A DNA stretch of 64,000 nt from Leptonemataceae bacterium (GTDB lineage: Bacteria > Spirochaetota > Leptospiria > Leptospirales > Leptonemataceae), in contig OZ245742.1 in the NCBI GenBank assembly GCA_965227295.1, forward strand, positions 3,360,001 to 3,424,000, read 5' to 3'. A program made the translations under genes and the position numbers. Below the pieces are notes generated by a model, which was not told the origin of the DNA, searched no databases, and saw nothing but the letters and a program-made list of their open reading frames with translations. Below, piece by piece: positions 40,988 through 49,329 of this stretch (its first letter is position 1; every line of letters begins with the position of its first letter).

Positions 40988-41609
40988 CCAGGTTTCCCTG
41001 TTCCGGGCAATCGGGACGGGGCAGCAACTCGTAGACGTAGCCGCCTGTTTCGTGCTCGGGGAGCAGGTTTACGTAGCATGCATCCAGTCGGGATCGCGCC
41101 GCGGCAAAGTAGTGCGTGAACTCCCGGTGGTATGGGATGGCCACATACCGGGCGCCGCTCCGGCGAAAGTCTTCGATGTCCGCGAGCAGCTTCTCCTGCG
41201 CACCGGACGGTACGAACAGTACGTCGCCGCCGATGGGTACGGCCGGGGTGACGGCGAGGTAGCCGCCACGTTCGGCGAAGTAGAAGACCTCGGTGCGGGG
41301 CATGCGATCGACGTAGACGATATCGGCCTCCCCGTCCGTAACATTGCGCAATCGCTCCGCGAAGTTCGCGTAGAAGGGATCCACCGTAAGTTTCTCCGAG
41401 ACCTTGATCAGTGAATAACCCGTCATGAAGACGAGCAGTACGGCGTGGGCGGCGAAGATCAGCCGGCGCCTTTTCGAAAAAAGATGCGGCACCCGATCCA
41501 GATACGCTCCCATTACGACGCAGGCCGGCACCAGAAACGGAAGCTGGTAGTACTCGTGGACCAGGTTCGGTGTGATGAACGCGATCGCGAAGCCGAGCAC
41601 GGCCGCCAT
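40935..41609 (-). pseudogene. Probable C-terminal remnant of an ArnT/GT39-like membrane glycosyltransferase
   Basis: Three TM segments with HEYYQLP plus a soluble tail; an in-frame TAG lies about 22 codons upstream, so the N-terminal half is absent. Confidence 0.4.
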
Positions 41610-41777
41610 CCATATGTAAAAAATCCAGCGTCGGTGCGAACGAATTCGGCCGCGTCGCTGATTGGGGGCCCGAGGCTAACCGACCTGGCGTTCCCGCACA
41701 AGCCGCAGGGAATCACAGGGCGTTTTCGAGGAATCAGATGCACGTGCGCGGAGTGATGTGCGTCCCGACCAGGAGTT

Positions 41778-42614
41778 TCACAATCCCTCAAAGTACGTTT
41801 TATCGTACATTAGCATGGCCTTCGATACGAGCGCCCACACCTCGTCATCCGTGCCGCCCATGCGGCGGCGGAACCAGAACGTGGCCGCGTGACCGCCGTC
41901 GAAGTTCAGATCGTAGTCGTCGTTCGTGTACTCGTCCTGGTGGATGTCCGCGAATCGCTCGCGCATGGCGAGACGATCGTAGCTTTGTTTCCCGGCGTAC
42001 TCCTGCGTGAGTTTTTCCAGGCGGCCGTCTTTTTGCAGATACACGTACGTCTTCGCCAGGATGCGTGCACTGCGACGCAACACACGATCGTAGATGTCCT
42101 GGTAACGCACCACGCCGTAGACGCTGTCGGTCGGCACGGGGACGAGGTTCTGTGCGGCCCAGCGAATGATGTCGGGATTGTAGTAATTGACGTCCCGGGA
42201 GTGTTCCTGGGAACCCTGGCGGGCCTGATAGAGGGGCAGATCCGCCAGTTCGGCCAGGGCCTTTTTGTATCCGCCGTAGGGGAGGGCCAGGTCCGACCGC
42301 AACGGAGCGCGTACGTTCGTGCCGGCCAGGTCTCCCATACATTGAAACCAGTGCACGTCGTAACGCAGGGTTTGCGCTCCGCCGAGAAACAGTCCGATGG
42401 CCTTGCCGCGATAGGTGAGGGGATCGGGTACGTTCTGGTCAAACATCCAGTTCGTGTCGACGTTCGCCATCATGCACGCGGCGAGAAAGGACAGTTCCCG
42501 GGGGGCCAGGCGCGAGCCCGCTTCCGCCACCGGCGGGAGGCGTGAACCGGAATCATTCAGAGCGCAGGACGTGAGGCCCACGGCAAAAATGACGAAACTG
42601 ATACACAGGCGCAT
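41778..42614 (-). CDS. Hypothetical lipoprotein
   Basis: Lipobox LTSC after a hydrophobic stretch. Confidence 0.7.
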   Translation of the reverse strand: MRLCISFVIFAVGLTSCALNDSGSRLPPVAEAGSRLAPRELSFLAACMMANVDTNWMFDQNVPDPLTYRGKAIGLFLGGAQTLRYDVHWFQCMGDLAGTNVRAPLRSDLALPYGGYKKALAELADLPLYQARQGSQEHSRDVNYYNPDIIRWAAQNLVPVPTDSVYGVVRYQDIYDRVLRRSARILAKTYVYLQKDGRLEKLTQEYAGKQSYDRLAMRERFADIHQDEYTNDDYDLNFDGGHAATFWFRRRMGGTDDEVWALVSKAMLMYDKTYFEGL

Positions 42615-42671
42615 GGCGTCGTTTACCATTATCGTGATCAAAAGTCACCTCATTCTCCCGATGTTTTTGGC

Positions 42672-42701
42672 TTGCAATATGGTAAATTTCCTTCGTATAC
42701 T
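42672..42701 (+). promoter_or_regulatory. Putative sigma70 promoter TTGCAA-N18-TATACT
   Basis: Ends 9 nt upstream of ATG 42711. Confidence 0.4.
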
Positions 42702-42710
42702 GAAATTGTC

Positions 42711-43493
42711 ATGATCTCTTCCAATGCAAGCCGACGACAGCACCGGTTGCTCGTGCCCGGGACCGCGCTGGGGGCGGCACTCCTTACGGGCACACTCTTT
42801 CTCGGCGGTCCGCTGCGCGCGCAGGTGGAGAACCTCGACGACGTCGACGGCAAGTACGACGCCATGTCCGAATCGCTACGTGAGTGTCCCAATCGCGGGA
42901 ATCAGCCGAAGGCCGCCGACACCGGCGAACTCATCTTCTACTCCACGACCTGGGGCAACAACCCCCAGGAAGGCCAGTACCGTCAGGAAATGGAACGCTT
43001 GCTGAGCACCGAGGTAAAAAACGTAAAAGAAGCCATCCTCGATGTGGAGCAGAAGTTCAAGGAAATGGTCCGCGTCTTCCCGAACTACAAGGACAAGACC
43101 TACAAAGAAATCATTCTCGAAGATAAACCGGGCGTCTGGCGCGACGGGGTCTACGTAAACATCCTGAAGGTCATCGGCTTCCACTTCAAAGAGGACAAGA
43201 GCATCGATTGCGTCATCCTGGATTATCAAATTCGCAACATCCAGATCGAGAACCAGTGGACCCGCAAGCTCATGCGGCTCTATTACCCGAACATTCAGAC
43301 GGTGGAGCTGCTGACCATCCGCCACAACTATCAGATGGGCGGGACCCTGGAAAAGACGGCCCCGGAGATTCAGCTCCGGGCCCTGCGCACCTACTTCGCG
43401 GACGTCCGGGCCGCCATCTACGTCATGGACATGGAGATCGCGGCGTACTATGATCAACGCAACAAAGTCAATTCCTGGCAGATGGGCCTTTGA
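42711..43493 (+). CDS. Hypothetical exported protein
   Basis: Sec signal ending PLRA|Q; strongly biased codon usage. Confidence 0.75.
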   Translation: MISSNASRRQHRLLVPGTALGAALLTGTLFLGGPLRAQVENLDDVDGKYDAMSESLRECPNRGNQPKAADTGELIFYSTTWGNNPQEGQYRQEMERLLSTEVKNVKEAILDVEQKFKEMVRVFPNYKDKTYKEIILEDKPGVWRDGVYVNILKVIGFHFKEDKSIDCVILDYQIRNIQIENQWTRKLMRLYYPNIQTVELLTIRHNYQMGGTLEKTAPEIQLRALRTYFADVRAAIYVMDMEIAAYYDQRNKVNSWQMGL

Positions 43494-43632
43494 TTTTGAT
43501 GGTTGTGTAATACTTAAGGCTTAGTACGCAGCGTTGGTGCGACGCAGCATTTTCGAGATTATCTGGTTTTTCGTTAATTTATCATTTTTGATTGTCTGAT
43601 TCAGGAAATTTCCTTCGTCTCATTTCATCAAG

Positions 43633-43803
43633 ATGAAGGAAGACGAACCAGTAGTAGATCTCGGACGCAAGCCCCGGCCGCCCCTCGAGTACATCGAGCT
43701 GATGATGAACACCTTTCTGCTGCACAAGTTTCGCGAGTGCGCACCGGCTCCCGGCAGCGTTTTCGGCGATTACGCCTCCATCGACTCCATGCATCGGAAC
43801 TGA
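43633..43803 (+). CDS. Small hypothetical protein (56 aa; not in ORF track)
   Basis: MKEDEPVVDLGRKPRPPLEYIELMMNTFLLHKFRECAPAPGSVFGDYASIDSMHRN; GC-ending codons following an AT-rich promoter-like region. Confidence 0.5.
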   Translation: MKEDEPVVDLGRKPRPPLEYIELMMNTFLLHKFRECAPAPGSVFGDYASIDSMHRN

Positions 43804-43955
43804 GTCCGCCGTCATTCGCCTTGCTCGCGGGCCCGCTCCGGCCGCTCAGAAGGGGGCGGACAAACGCTTGCCGCCCCGGCCCCTCTCATTTTCCTGACCC
43901 TCAACCCGTCGGAGGCCCGTCTTCCGGCCGAATCCAGCGAATAGAGAGTGAGAGC

Positions 43956-44939
43956 ATGACGCATCCCAGTGAGGCATTATTCCCCGGCGAAAAAGAATTC
44001 CCCGTAATCGCCAGCTGCGAGCACTTCGCAGGCAACGAAAAGATGATTATGAAGGCCTTCGGCTTTCAGGACGAGAAGGGCCCGGTCTTCGACATTACCC
44101 AGGACTGCGAGGACGGCGCGCCCCAGGGTCAGGAAAAAGAGCACGCCGAAATGATCGTGCGCCTGACGAACTCCGAGCACAACAAGTTCGGCCAGGCCGG
44201 GGTGCGGATTCACGATTACTCCAATCAGTACTGGAAACAGGACGTGGACATCCTGGTCCCCGGCGCCGGCGAAAAACTCGCTTACATCACCATCCCGAAA
44301 CCCACGGCGGCATCTCAGGTCAAAGAGATGATCGAGTACATCCAGGCCGCGGCGCAAAAAGCCGGCCTGAAGCGCGAGATTCCCATTCACGTCCTGATCG
44401 AAACCCACGGCGCCCTGCGCGAAGTGGATCAGATCGCGTCTCTGCCCTGGATGCAGGTCCTGGACTTCGGTCTCATGGACTTTATTTCCGGCCACTTCGG
44501 CGCCATCCCGCTTTCGAACATGAAGTCGCCGGGCCAGTTCGATCACGAACTGCTGCGCCGCGCGAAGGCGAACATGGTGGCCACGGCGCTGAGCTACGGT
44601 GTCATCCCGGCCCACAACGTAACATTGGACCTCAAGAATTACGACCAGACCCTGGCCGATGCGAAGCGCGCGCGCTACGACTTCGGCTTCCTGCGCATGT
44701 GGTCCATTTACCCGACCCAGATCGACGCCATCGTCGAGGCCATGAAGCCGGACCTCTCGGAAGTCAAGAAGGGCGTCGACGTCCTCATCGCCGCGCAGGA
44801 CGCGAGCTGGGGGCCCATCCAGCACGACGGCGAACTGCATGACCGCGCGACCTACCGCGGTTTCTGGACGCTGGTGAAACGCGCGAAGACTACCGGCATC
44901 GATGTCGGACCGGAAGCCACGAAGCGCTGGTTTTCGTAG
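43956..44939 (+). CDS. CitE / malyl-CoA lyase family (HpcH/HpaI aldolase-citrate lyase) protein
   Basis: DCEDGA, GVRIHD, IPK, LIET, FGLMDF, WSIYPTQI, LHDRAT. Confidence 0.88.
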   Translation: MTHPSEALFPGEKEFPVIASCEHFAGNEKMIMKAFGFQDEKGPVFDITQDCEDGAPQGQEKEHAEMIVRLTNSEHNKFGQAGVRIHDYSNQYWKQDVDILVPGAGEKLAYITIPKPTAASQVKEMIEYIQAAAQKAGLKREIPIHVLIETHGALREVDQIASLPWMQVLDFGLMDFISGHFGAIPLSNMKSPGQFDHELLRRAKANMVATALSYGVIPAHNVTLDLKNYDQTLADAKRARYDFGFLRMWSIYPTQIDAIVEAMKPDLSEVKKGVDVLIAAQDASWGPIQHDGELHDRATYRGFWTLVKRAKTTGIDVGPEATKRWFS

Positions 44940-45041
44940 GGCGAGGGCGTCCTCTCTGAAGGCTTGAAGAAGCCTTAGTGAGGTTGAGAGATCGAGAGGG
45001 GAAGTCTGGTTGGGCTTCCCCTTTTTTGTTGGTTGTTGGAT

Positions 45042-45173
45042 TCTTCGCGTTAGGGATGCGCAGCATGGCGCGAAGCGCCAGTCCGGAGCGTAGCGGAGGA
45101 CCGCAGCGAAGCGGAGTGCGTAGCAGCCCGACGGCCCGCCGCCTCCACGGCGCGGCGGGCCGGAACGCTCAAA
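45042..45173. repeat. REP-like family B copy (minus orientation)
   Basis: 18-bp GACCGCAGCGAAGCGGAG is the reverse complement of 22899-22916; shares the TCTTCGCG end. Confidence 0.75.
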
Positions 45174-45221
45174 TGAAAATCACCTTGTAATTCCCACAGT
45201 GCGTGTCAGATTTTTCCTACC

Positions 45222-45725
45222 ATGATCGTCACCGAAGTCGACATTCAGATTCAGCGCGACCTCGCGGACGTGTTCGGCTATGTCGCCGACATGCGGAACC
45301 TGGCGCAGTGGGGCGAGGGCATCGGCAAGAGCGAACTGATCAGCGGCGAGGCCGGGAGTGCCGGGGCGGTGTATCGCTGCCACATGGGCGGTTTGCCCGT
45401 GGCCGCGTTTACCGGCGACTATGCCATCATCGAATGCACACGGCCGGGAGAACGGGGCGGCCTGATCGCTCGCTGCGCGACGACGTTTCTTGAGTTCGAA
45501 GATAGCTACGTGTTTACGGAGCGGGACGGCGGCACGCACGTGAGCATTACCGATCGTCTGCGATTGATCGGGCCGGCGGAGCGGATCGGCATTACGCAAC
45601 TGCCGGTGATCGACTGGTTTCACGAGCGCATCGAAGACGGGGTCGAGGCCGCCGTGGCGCCGGCGGTGCGGGCGCAGATCGAGAAAGACGTCGCGAATTT
45701 GAAACAGTTACTGGAATCATCTTAA
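45222..45725 (+). CDS. SRPBCC (polyketide cyclase-like) family protein
   Basis: VFGYVADMRNLAQW, GGTHV, LKQLLE. Confidence 0.85.
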   Translation: MIVTEVDIQIQRDLADVFGYVADMRNLAQWGEGIGKSELISGEAGSAGAVYRCHMGGLPVAAFTGDYAIIECTRPGERGGLIARCATTFLEFEDSYVFTERDGGTHVSITDRLRLIGPAERIGITQLPVIDWFHERIEDGVEAAVAPAVRAQIEKDVANLKQLLESS

Positions 45726-45729
45726 GCTT

Positions 45730-46767
45730 ATGCAGGGCGATCTACTCACCTGGCCGGAGCCCGGCACCGCGCTCATTACCCTCGGCGTGGTGTTTGTTGT
45801 GCTCGTGCTCGTCGTTTTTTTTCTGACGCGCTGGATGTACCTGCGCCGCGGGCAGCGGGAAGCGCGCTGGACCGTGGTGATGCAGTACGCGTTGAAGCAT
45901 CGCCTGGGCGGAAGTGACCTGCGTTTGCTGCGCCGATTCTACGATACTCTCGGCGAAGATGAGAGCATGCAGATCGTAAACAGCAAGCGTTTGTTTCACG
46001 CGAAGTTGCACGATTTCCTGGCGCGGGATGATATCGGCACGCAGCATCGGGATCGAGTACGCATTCTCGATTCGCTCTTCCCGGCCGCGGACTTTCAAGT
46101 GGAGGTGAAGGCCCTGCGCGATCTCCAGGCCGGCGAGGCGTGCAGCCTGGAGTTCGACGGTGAGACCCATCTGGCAACGATCGTCAAACAGCGCGATGAG
46201 GATCTGTGGATCTCGCTGCCGGGCTGGGAGCCGACGCGGGATCTTACGAACACGGCGGCGTACGTATACGTCTTTCGCCAGAACGTCGGCGGTTTTTTGC
46301 TCGAAGGCCGGTTGCTGCGAGTCGGTAAGGGCGTGGCGGTGTTCGGCAACGTGAGCAAAATCTCCTCGCACGGCAATCAGCATCTTATGGCGGAGATCGA
46401 AGTGCCGCTGCATTTTACGCCGTGGCCGCCCTTGCCGTCGCCCGGGGAATCTTCCGGAGACAAAGAGGCAGGCCCGCGCGAACCGGTGGTGTTGCGCGGC
46501 ATGTCGAAGTTGGTTTCAGATCGGGCGCTGTTGTTCTTTTTCGAAGAGGACATGCCCGATCCCTTTCATTTGCTGGAGCGCTCCGGCGAGATGTGGGAAC
46601 TGGACATGACTTTGCCGCGCGGTTACGAATTCCAGTGCCGCGGCGCGATTGTACCCGGCAGCCGCGGGCGGTTCTTGTTTAAGTATGTCGACGCCACGGA
46701 AGCGCAACGGCGGCGGATCTTCGATGAGATCAAACACGCCGGTGCGAAACGAGAACGCCTGGTGTGA
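45730..46767 (+). CDS. Hypothetical membrane-anchored protein, possibly YcgR/PilZ-like beta-barrels
   Basis: N-terminal TM, helical region, two beta-rich modules. Confidence 0.55.
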   Translation: MQGDLLTWPEPGTALITLGVVFVVLVLVVFFLTRWMYLRRGQREARWTVVMQYALKHRLGGSDLRLLRRFYDTLGEDESMQIVNSKRLFHAKLHDFLARDDIGTQHRDRVRILDSLFPAADFQVEVKALRDLQAGEACSLEFDGETHLATIVKQRDEDLWISLPGWEPTRDLTNTAAYVYVFRQNVGGFLLEGRLLRVGKGVAVFGNVSKISSHGNQHLMAEIEVPLHFTPWPPLPSPGESSGDKEAGPREPVVLRGMSKLVSDRALLFFFEEDMPDPFHLLERSGEMWELDMTLPRGYEFQCRGAIVPGSRGRFLFKYVDATEAQRRRIFDEIKHAGAKRERLV

Positions 46768-46829
46768 TGATTTGCCGCAGAGACACAGAGAATACAGTTG
46801 TGGTTGGGTGAATGATGGGTCGATGGGAA

Positions 46830-47135
46830 TTACGAGGCTGCCGGCTCGCGGAATTTTTTGATGGTCTTCAGTTCTTTCGATAGCTCGCGCTCTTTCTGTT
46901 CCAGATCGTAGTGCGCCTGGATGTTCAGCCAGAACTGCGCGGAGTTACCGAAGAATCGTGAAAATCGCAGCGCGGTGTCGGCCGTGATGGCTCGCTTGCC
47001 CTTGATGATTTCGCTGATGCGCTTTTGATCGATGCGGGTTTCTTTCGCGAGTCGATACGGCGTGAGGTCCATGGGAAGAAGGAAGTCTTCTTGCAGGATT
47101 TCCCCGGGATGAATGTCGGCGAGTTTTTTGTTCAT
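46830..47135 (-). CDS. higA: HigA-family antitoxin
   Basis: IHPGEILQEDFL, ITADTALR, FWLNIQAHYDL. Confidence 0.95.
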   Translation of the reverse strand: MNKKLADIHPGEILQEDFLLPMDLTPYRLAKETRIDQKRISEIIKGKRAITADTALRFSRFFGNSAQFWLNIQAHYDLEQKERELSKELKTIKKFREPAAS

Positions 47136-47150
47136 GGGTGACTCGATGCG

Positions 47151-47432
47151 CTAATGATAGTCTACGATTTCGACGTAGTGGGCGTTGCCATTTTGCCAGC
47201 GGAAACAAATCCGCCACTGCATATTTACGCTGATACTGTGTTGTCCTTGCCGATCACCACTCAAGGCATGGAGGCGATTACTCCGGGGAATGCGCAAATC
47301 TTCCAGCGAGATTGCTCCGTCGAGGACAATTAGCTTGCGTCTCGCCGTTCGCTGAATATTGACCGGGAGCTTGCGCGATAGGGCGCCGTTCCAGATCTTT
47401 TCCGTTTCGGCGTCGGCGAATGACGCAATCAC
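47151..47432 (-). CDS. higB: HigB (RelE/ParE, killer-type) toxin
   Basis: SFADAETEKIW, ARRKL, DLRIP.SNRLHALSGDRQGQHSI.VN.QWRICFRW, VEIVDYH. Confidence 0.95.
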   Translation of the reverse strand: MIASFADAETEKIWNGALSRKLPVNIQRTARRKLIVLDGAISLEDLRIPRSNRLHALSGDRQGQHSISVNMQWRICFRWQNGNAHYVEIVDYH

Positions 47433-47437
47433 CCCGC

Positions 47438-47471
47438 ATAGTGGTGTCGTGCACTAATGGTGTCAAGCACT
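47438..47471 (-). promoter_or_regulatory. higBA promoter TTGACA-N17-CACTAT with overlapping repeats (putative HigA operator)
   Basis: -35 at 47461-47466, -10 at 47438-47443, 5 nt before the GTG. TGGTGTCnnGCACTA occurs twice. Confidence 0.6.
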
Positions 47472-47472
47472 A

Positions 47473-47520
47473 TTAGGTAAGGCATGCCAGGACATCCTCA
47501 CGATCCAGGGCGGGATATCT
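47473..47520 (-). pseudogene. DUF433 C-terminal relic
   Basis: Reads RYPALDREDVLACLT*, the DUF433 C-terminal signature, with no DUF433 N-terminus upstream. Confidence 0.55.
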
Positions 47521-47609
47521 TAACCGATAATCGCTGCCGGTCCAGCGCAAAAGGATTACGGGACCACCGGTTCGCGGTATGCTTTGAAGCTTCACGAGCA
47601 GGACCCCGT

Positions 47610-49298
47610 TCACTTCCCGTAAATGCTCCCCGGATAACCTTCCGGAACCTTCACCCGAAAGTGCAGGCGCACGTTCTTCTTTTGCCGCGGCGCGAGTTTG
47701 ATTTCCCATTTCAGAATTCCGGTGTTCTCGTCGTTGTTTTCGAAGGCATAACCGCCCGTCGTATCGCCGAGAATCTCCACCTGGACCTCTTCGACATCCG
47801 AAACCGGCACGCGTTCATACACGACGATCGTGCGCGCTTCATCGCTGCGGTTCGTCACGTCGACGTTGATGTCGGTATGATCAAAGCGCCCCGAGGACAG
47901 CGTGCCGGCGGACTTGCGGAAGTTGCGGACGTTGCGTTCGACCCCGGTGCTGCGATCCACGCCGAAGCCGACATCGAAGCGTGAACCAGAAGGCGTGTAA
48001 TCGATTTGCGAACGACCGGTGAAACCGCTGCCCCGGTAAGCGTCCGCGGCACCGGCGAGCAACGGAAAGTCGCGGCCGTTTTTCAGGCGTGCGGCCAGAT
48101 GCGCCGTGCGTTGCAGGCCGGGGACGACCCGATAGTACAACAGCTCCGGACGCTCCGAGAAACGCGCAATGGTTACGCGCCGTCCGCGTTGGTCCGACGG
48201 CGCCGTGACCTTACCGGGAATCTGAAAGATCAACGACTCGCCGCCGGCGTTGTCTTCGACGGATGCGAAACCGCCGGTTTCTCCGCCGCCTTCGCCCGGT
48301 TCCGGCTCTTCGTTTAGTACGGCCACGGATTGTTCGCTTTCCACGTAACTTTCGCGAACGTTGCCGACTTCCCGCGCTGCAATGTAGAGCGGCGTGATGG
48401 ACGCGCGCCGGGCGCCGCGGGCGGGGCGCGCCGTGGAGAGGCTTAACTTCACATTATTCCAATCTTCGCCGGTCTCCTGTTTGACGTCGCCGTAGTAGGC
48501 GACCTGGACTTTGCCGTCGTCCTCGAGGTAGACGCCGTAAGCGGTGGACCAGGAAGCGCCGGTGATCACATAGCTGAACGAAACGTTCAGGTCGCGGCTT
48601 TGTTTGATGCTGCTCACGACGATTTCGACGACGCGGTACTCCCGGCGCGCGCGGGAACGCAGGTCCTCGATGCGGCTCTGGACGATCTGCATCTCTTCGT
48701 CGATGCGGGCGCGCTGTTCTTCGGCGGCCTGGAGTTCGCGTTTCGTCTTAAGGCGGCGCTCGCTCAGAAACGAAAGAGCCCCGCCCCATTTTTGGCTGTC
48801 GCTGTCGCCGGCCGCCGCGGAGTTTTCGGAAATGGCCCGGGATAGATACGCCGCGTAGCGCTCGATGCCGGCCAGGTCTTCGCGCGATCGCAGCGCCGTC
48901 TTCAGCGCTGCGTCGCGACGTTCTTCTAAGGTATCGCGCTGCGTTTCGAGCTCCTTCAGCTTCGGATCGTTGGGGCCGTTGCGCCGCTCGATGTACGAGG
49001 TCACACCCTGGATGACGACGTCCCGCGTTTTTGCGTGGGCCCGCAGCGAGTTCGGATCCAGTTTGATGCCGGCGTTCGTAAAGCGCAGCACGTGACGCCC
49101 CGGTTTCAGGCCGGCCTCGATGACCCCGGCACGCGTGACGAGCGCGCGATCCGGATAGACCAGCACCTCCCGGATGGGCGGACTGAAGTCGGTGACGGCC
49201 TCCCGGTTGCCCGCAAAGTTTGCAGGAGTAAAAGTTAGCGAGGCGCCGATAAGCAAAACGGCGGCGAGAATGGGACGGGTGTGGTTGTGTTGTTTCAT
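47610..49298 (-). CDS. DUF4140/DUF4139 (MuiA-like) exported protein
   Basis: VLVYPDRALVTR, coiled coil, QETGEDWNNVKLSLSTARP, FPLLAG, VYERVPVS. Confidence 0.9.
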   Translation of the reverse strand: MKQHNHTRPILAAVLLIGASLTFTPANFAGNREAVTDFSPPIREVLVYPDRALVTRAGVIEAGLKPGRHVLRFTNAGIKLDPNSLRAHAKTRDVVIQGVTSYIERRNGPNDPKLKELETQRDTLEERRDAALKTALRSREDLAGIERYAAYLSRAISENSAAAGDSDSQKWGGALSFLSERRLKTKRELQAAEEQRARIDEEMQIVQSRIEDLRSRARREYRVVEIVVSSIKQSRDLNVSFSYVITGASWSTAYGVYLEDDGKVQVAYYGDVKQETGEDWNNVKLSLSTARPARGARRASITPLYIAAREVGNVRESYVESEQSVAVLNEEPEPGEGGGETGGFASVEDNAGGESLIFQIPGKVTAPSDQRGRRVTIARFSERPELLYYRVVPGLQRTAHLAARLKNGRDFPLLAGAADAYRGSGFTGRSQIDYTPSGSRFDVGFGVDRSTGVERNVRNFRKSAGTLSSGRFDHTDINVDVTNRSDEARTIVVYERVPVSDVEEVQVEILGDTTGGYAFENNDENTGILKWEIKLAPRQKKNVRLHFRVKVPEGYPGSIYGK

Positions 49299-49329
49299 GA
49301 TGATTCAATCCTCGGGATGACGGCGTTGA

